A DNA stretch of 53,691 bases, the filler included, from Bipalium vagum (Eukaryota), in NCBI GenBank assembly GCA_037834085.1. It is 3 parts of 3 records of this genome, joined end to end, with 100 filler letters (N's around TTAATTAATTAA, not from the genome) between each part and the next. Parts side by side here need not be neighbours in the genome. Positions count along the whole stretch, not along the records: positions 34,587 to 53,691 come from JBBMKC010010070.1; 2 more parts are not named here. The stretch is one strand, 5' to 3'. How positions within the stretch are numbered: the first letter of the stretch is position 1; each line of letters begins with the position of its first letter. A program made the translations under genes and the position numbers. The notes below the pieces were generated by a model that made no database searches, had not been told where the DNA came from, and was given only the letters and a program-made list of their open reading frames with translations. Shown here piece by piece: positions 48,518 through 53,691 of the stretch.

Positions 48518-49850
48518 GTGGTAGAAAAATGGTATTGCGAATTTTGTGAAAAATCTATTAATAAAAAAAATAAAAATCATTTTGAAAATACAAAAATACA
48601 TGAAAAAAATATACAACGATTTAAAATAAAAAACAACTAGTAATAAAAACGACAACGACGAAAAATCAACAATATCTACGAATAAAAACAACGACCTAAA
48701 AAATTTTATCAACGACTAAAAATAAAAATCTAAATATTCAAAACATTCAAGAAAGATTTCCATCTTTTTTTATAAAAACAGGAGGTGACATACAATCACA
48801 AATTACAAATAATAATTTTTTAAACAAATTTACAACTGGAAAATACCCAGGCTAATTACATTTAAAATCTTAAAATCCTTTAAATAAAACACATCCAGTT
48901 TCAAATTTTTGTGGACCTGGAACTCATGTTGATAAACGTTTAGAAAACTATAATTAAATAATAAATAAATTTAATGAAACAGGTGAATTAAATATCCTTC
49001 CAAGTCCAAAACCTGATTCAATTCCAATAAATCGAGTTGATGCAGCAGCAATGAAACATGATGTAAAATATATGTCAACAGATTTAAAAGATAGACATGT
49101 TGCAGATGTATAAATACATGAAATGAACCATATTCAAAATCCAACTCCAAGAGAAAAACTTTATTAATTTTCAATTGTAAAATTAATTATGAAAGGAAAG
49201 ATAGCTTTAGGATTAGGTTTACCAAGAAAGTCAAAAAATTAGCAACTGAAAAACTTTTCGAAAATTCAAAAATTCTTCCTCCTGAAAAAAAAACAATTAG
49301 CAGATGAACTTCATAAAGAGTTTAGAAAAACTAAAAATTTCATAAAAGTTCAAGTTAATAATAAAGATGATATTTGGTCAGCAGATCTTACATTTGTCCC
49401 AGGAGAATTATAAAATAATTCTAACAGTTATTGATTTATATACTAGTTTTGCTTTTGCTGTTCCTTTAAAAAATAAAACAGGTCAATCAATTACAAATGC
49501 TTTGGATAAAATATTTGAGGATTCTAATAGAGTTTCAGAAAAACTTTGGGTTGATAAAGGTATTATTAATTTTATATTAAAAAATTTGAAGAATTTTGTG
49601 ATGATAATGAGATTGAAATTTACTCAACAGAGAATAAAGGAAAAGCATTTTTAATAGAAAGACTTAATAAAACTTTAATGTTCAAAAAATTTACAGAACA
49701 AATAAATAGAAAATGTTTACATCTTTTACCAAATTTAATTAATTTTTATAATAACAAAATTCATTCATCAATTGGAATTTCTCCAAATGAAGCGAGTGAA
49801 AATCCAGAAAAATTAAAAGTTATAAAAGAAGACAGTAGAAAGTTATAAAT
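48518..49850 (+). pseudogene. Zinc finger + parvovirus VP1u-type phospholipase A2 + retroviral-like (rve) integrase (copy B)
   Basis: WYCEFCEKSINKKNKNHFENTKIH; NFCGPGTHVDKRL; PINRVDAAAMKHDVKY..DRHVAD; NPTPRE; KGKIALGLG; QLADELHK; DDIWSADL; YKIILTVIDLYTSFAFAVPLKNKT; KLWVDKG; KAFLIERLNKTL; YNNKIHSSIGISP. Several stops and frameshifts. Confidence 0.9.
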
Positions 49851-50006
49851 TGAGCAAGAATATGTTTTGGTTTATAAATTTTATAACCTTCTTTTGCTCT
49901 TTCTATTTCATCAAGTCTTTTTATTTGGTTTTTAATATGTTTTATATATCTATTGAAACAGAAATTTAAAAAATATAAAAAGGAAATTTATTATCTTAAA
50001 GGAGAA

Positions 50007-51725
50007 TTAAATAAGACTGAAGAACTTATGAAAGTAATGAATGTAAGTCTTATTTTCTGTTGTATTGAAATAATATGGAAAATATCTTTTTGAACTCTTG
50101 AAACCAAATGTATTAGGAAAAGCTTTTAATGGGCATAAAGTAAAGTTTATAGAATCAATAAATCTTATATTAAAATATTTAATTTTCATAAAAGTAATTT
50201 TATTAACAGAACTCAATTTTTCAATTGGCAACTTATTTTTAATTAACCAACCTAATATTGGATGATTATCATAACCTTTTGCATAATGAGCTATAAAAGT
50301 ATTTTGTTTGAAATCGTCACTAATGAAACATTTACAGAAGATATCAATAAAAGAGTTTGAATTTTTTATTGTTACATCTTTTAAAAATTCAATATTATTT
50401 TGAATATTTTCAATTGTTAAATTTTCTAATTCTAATTTAATTTTAAAATATGAAATTTTGTTTGTTTGTATTTTAAAATATATTTTTCTTTCAGTATCAT
50501 AAGCTATTGCGTAATTCATGTCATGATAACCTGCATTTTCTTGAGTAGACTCAAAATCAAAAAATAAATATTTATTACTTTGTTTAAAATTTCCTTCATT
50601 ATTCATATTTATTATCCTTCGTGATTCATAAGCTTCATTCCAAATTGGACAATTTTTACAACCACGTTTATGATCAGATCTATTATAATATTCTTGTTTT
50701 TGAATTTCTATAAGTTGTAACATTATCTACATTACATTTATGTTGATTTTGAAATCCTAGTAAACATTTGTGACAATATTTTTGGGATTGTAAAGAAGCT
50801 GATATTTTTGTAATTGAAATAAAGTGAATATTTTCTTGATCATAAAATATAAAACTTTGTTTTTCAAAATTTTCATTGCCTCTATATAAAATAGAATTAT
50901 TATTATTATGATGATAAACTATAATTCTTAAATTTAAATAATTTTAAATCATCAATATTATTACCATTTTATTTAATTTATACTTGTGCCATATTGTGTA
51001 ATTTTATAGCCCATTCTTCTTCAATTCTATTTCCTCTATTATCTTTTTCTCCAAAATTTAAATAATTTTTATTTGTGAAATAATCATAAGTTAAAGAAGT
51101 TATTATTGTCCTAGCCAAAAAAAGTGTATTATTATTTTGAATTATATTAATAGAATTTTTTGTAAAAGTTTGTAATATTAAATTTGAAGAATTATTACCA
51201 TTATAATTAATAAATATTTATTTCCCTTTCCTTGAGGTATTGATATTATTAAAAATTCAAAAGTTACGTCTTTAATATTTATTTCTACAGCAGATTGTAA
51301 ATTTTTTTCTAATTTCGAATATAATAAATTAGTTACATTATCTTTAGCTGTTAAAGGAAATGAACCATGTTTTGAATAAATTATAGGATGTAAGTGTTTT
51401 AGTTTAACTCAATAATTACCTGAATCATTTGTAACGGTTTTTAAAATAAAATTTAAACAACTACGAACATTTTTTGAAGTTTTATCTGCTGGTGAAATCT
51501 TATATCAAAAAGGGAACCAAGATGTTTTTTATAATAATGAGAATTTTAATAATGAATCAAATTACCATCTACTATTTCTGTTGTCTGATTAAAATCATCG
51601 TGAAATAAATTATCTGGAAAAAGTCAATTTTCAAAAGGTAAGTTTTCATTTATAGCTTGCCATTCATCAATATTAAATTCTGGTTTCGCTATCTTTTTTT
51701 GATTAATACTATTTTCGCTTGCCAT
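50007..51725 (-). pseudogene. Protein-primed family B DNA polymerase (pPolB), N-terminal and exonuclease part; polymerase domain missing
   Basis: ATG 51725; LEKNLQS...IPQGKG; LARTII; YCHKC; ExoI YLFFDFESTQ; ExoII FIAHYAKGYD; IRFIDSINF..LKAFPNTFG..SKRYFPYYFN; homology ends at about 50040. Confidence 0.9.
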
Positions 51726-51831
51726 TTTTTTAAAGAAAAAATAAAAATTTTAATTTTTGATTTTGAATTTTTATTATTGTTTTGATTTGGATTTTTTAAA
51801 ATTTTTATTTTTTAATATTTTTTTATTCCTC

Positions 51832-51921
51832 TTATACAACCAATTTAATCTGACAACACCGATAAATAACCAATTTAATTTCACAACCCCATTATACAAC
51901 CAATTTAATCTCACAACCCAA
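51832..51921 (+). repeat. 30-bp tandem repeat x3
   Basis: TTATACAACCAATTTAATCTGACAACACCG / ATAAATAACCAATTTAATTTCACAACCCCA / TTATACAACCAATTTAATCTCACAACCCAA. Confidence 0.9.
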
Positions 51922-52167
51922 AATTTTTGGACAAATTAACACAACACTGAAAAATGAATATTTTATAAAATAAATGAAAAAAATTAATTAAACCAAAGAT
52001 TTATAAAATTTTATCAATAACAATATTTCATTAAATGAATTTTCTTTGAAGTAAACAATCTTCCGCATGCCCACAAATATATAGCCTAAATAAATAATAT
52101 AAAAATATATTATTTTAATAATTATTACCTTTATAAGTATATTTATATTGATTTTAAATCCAGAAAT

Positions 52168-52302
52168 TCAAGAACCTGTTGACATTGTCAATTTGCAGTC
52201 AGCACAGATTTGTTCAAATTGAATCAATCCTTTTCTTCTTAGCCAATCAAACAAATCAAGATTGCTGAAAACTGCTAATTTATCTAAAAATGATGGCTCC
52301 AT
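52168..52302 (-). mobile_element. Possible Merlin transposase N-terminal fragment
   Basis: MEPSFLDKLAVFSNLDLFDWLRRKGLIQFEQICADCKLTMSTGS* (WLxxxGL...CxxC...M pattern typical of Merlin/ISXO2 N-termini). Confidence 0.5.
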
Positions 52303-52349
52303 TTTCCTTATTTTCTGACTATTACTAGTATCTCTAACTATTTATAGTT

Positions 52350-52415
52350 CAATTAAATCTAACAACCACTTTTTACAACCAGTTAAATCTGACAACACTG
52401 GTTAAATCTGACAAC
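52350..52415 (+). repeat. Three further copies of the TTAAATCT(G/A)ACAAC motif related to 51832-51921
   Basis: CAATTAAATCTAACAACC / CAGTTAAATCTGACAACA / GGTTAAATCTGACAACA. Confidence 0.75.
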
Positions 52416-53149
52416 AACTAAAATTAAATAAATTAAATAACTTTTTCTTATAGTTATGTGATATTTCTCTGATGAAATTTAAAGAATTAACATCTAATTT
52501 AAAATTAAATTATTCAATAAATAGAATTTCAAAATTATTTTTATAAATTTTTATAAAATTTTTGAATAATTTTTTAAAATAAATTTTGTTTTAATATAGA
52601 TAAATTTCCAAAATGGTTGAAAAATATTTGTTTATGGTTATTTATTAATGATTATTAATTATGGTTATTATAAATTTCACGCTTTTATTTTATAGTTGAA
52701 ATAGAAGTCATTCCAAAATAAGTAAGTTGTTTTTATTAAATTAAGTAAAAGTTTATTTCATATATGATTATTCATTTTTACATTTTCAAGTGTTATTTAA
52801 TATTTTGATTTCTTAATAATGATATGAATTCAATAATTATTTCCGTTTCAATTTTCTTATCAATAAAACTGAAATTATCAAAAAATTGTACATACCACAT
52901 TTGGATTTTTTCAACCTATAATTAATATTGGTCTTAATTTCCGTCACAAAAATGTTTTCAGAGTTGACATAAACTACATAGTATGAAAAATTTTAATTTG
53001 TAAACAAATTTTTTAGAGAGAAAGTGTATTTATTCTTACACCAGTCTTGTCATCGAAAGTAATATGGAGTTTGAAAGATTGATTTTACGAATATTTAAGG
53101 ATAAACCTTGATTTTATTAAAAATAAGACTATTGATCGACAATAAATTG

Positions 53150-53560
53150 AAATAGAAGTTCACATTTATTACAGTGTTGATGATTTCATGTCATACAAAT
53201 ATCTTCAATTCTTCAGGATGGCAGCAGCACATCTTCGGAATTTATGAAATTTTTTCTTAGGTTCTTTTTTTAGAAGACCAGATTTCCCTTTATGAATAGT
53301 GGTGTCATCACTGATTGAATCTATGAAGCAGTAAAAGTATGGTGCACATTTCCAAGCGACTCTAACTGAATCTATGCAGCCTATTGATCAGAAATTAAGA
53401 TTTATTCTGGTGCTACCATTTTTTGAGTAATTGGTAATAATGCTTTGAACCAAGTTTCAAAATATTACACTAACCATTTTTCGTTAAATATCGTTCATTC
53501 CACATATCCAATATTTCACAATATGTCCAACATTGCATTTCCTTCTAAAAAAAACCGCAT
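53150..53560 (-). mobile_element. Merlin (ISXO2-like) transposase remnant
   Basis: ALLPITQKMVAPE*ILISDQ*AA*IQLESLGNVHHT...FIDSIS (consensus TLxPxIxxxVxPGxxIxSDxWAAY...HxTVNH...FVD). Confidence 0.55.
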
Positions 53561-53619
53561 ATTTCATAAAGTTTATATATTTGATTATGGGTTTATATAT
53601 TTGTTTATGAGTTTATATA

Positions 53620-53691
53620 CAGGGTGTTCGATAAGTCACTCCGGGATTTTAAAATGGTATTAATCTAAAACAAAAGATAACTGAAAGAGTT
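53620..53691 (+). mobile_element. Left TIR of a Tc1/mariner-type element running off the window
   Basis: TA|CAGGGTGTTCGATAAGTCACT, the same CAGGGTG terminus as 32182. Confidence 0.55.

Larger units (their letters stand above)
43160..51725. mobile_element. Decayed Polinton/Maverick (adintovirus-like) endogenous viral element cluster, probably two elements
   Basis: Co-located pseudogenes for a DJR major capsid protein, packaging ATPase, rve-type integrase, protein-primed PolB and parvovirus-type PLA2. Matching TIR pair and TSD not found. Confidence 0.9.

Noticed and set aside
37881-48712. ORF-track entries such as 37881-38111, 38247-38483, 40063-40362, 45408-45791 and 48485-48712
   Set aside because: Off-frame or antisense shadows of real exons/pseudogenes, or F/I/K/L-rich chance ORFs in AT-rich DNA.
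48781-49410. Repeated in-frame TAA in the PLA2-integrase frame as a sign of stop-codon reassignment
   Set aside because: The stops align with different residues in copy A (GAA, AAA), the region also has frameshifts, and the host exons contain no internal TAA/TAG. Ordinary decay explains it.
51832-51921. 30-bp repeats as a CRISPR array
   Set aside because: Head-to-tail tandem units without unique spacers, no cas genes, eukaryotic context.

Overview
AT-rich eukaryotic (animal) genomic DNA. Two identical artificial 100-nt linkers (44N-TTAATTAATTAA-44N at 16845-16944 and 34487-34586) show that the window is three concatenated sequences whose adjacency is not established. Piece 1 holds 15 phase-compatible exons of a tandem-CUB gene that most resembles cubilin (about 8 CUB domains; 5' end outside the window), with large introns full of decayed Tc1/mariner, pogo and Merlin remnants. 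Piece 2 is almost all decayed transposon debris plus one orphan exon. Piece 3 holds a complete 9-exon glucosidase II beta subunit gene (PRKCSH, about 496 aa, ending HDEL), a Gypsy remnant, and about 8.5 kb of decayed Polinton/Maverick (adintovirus-like) endogenous viral sequence: double-jelly-roll major capsid protein, packaging ATPase, protein-primed PolB, and a zinc finger + parvovirus-type PLA2 + retroviral-like integrase gene. A second, diverged zinc finger-PLA2 copy lies in the opposite orientation, suggesting a composite of two related elements. All family calls come from hand translation and motif recall, not database searches. Boundaries of decayed elements are approximate.
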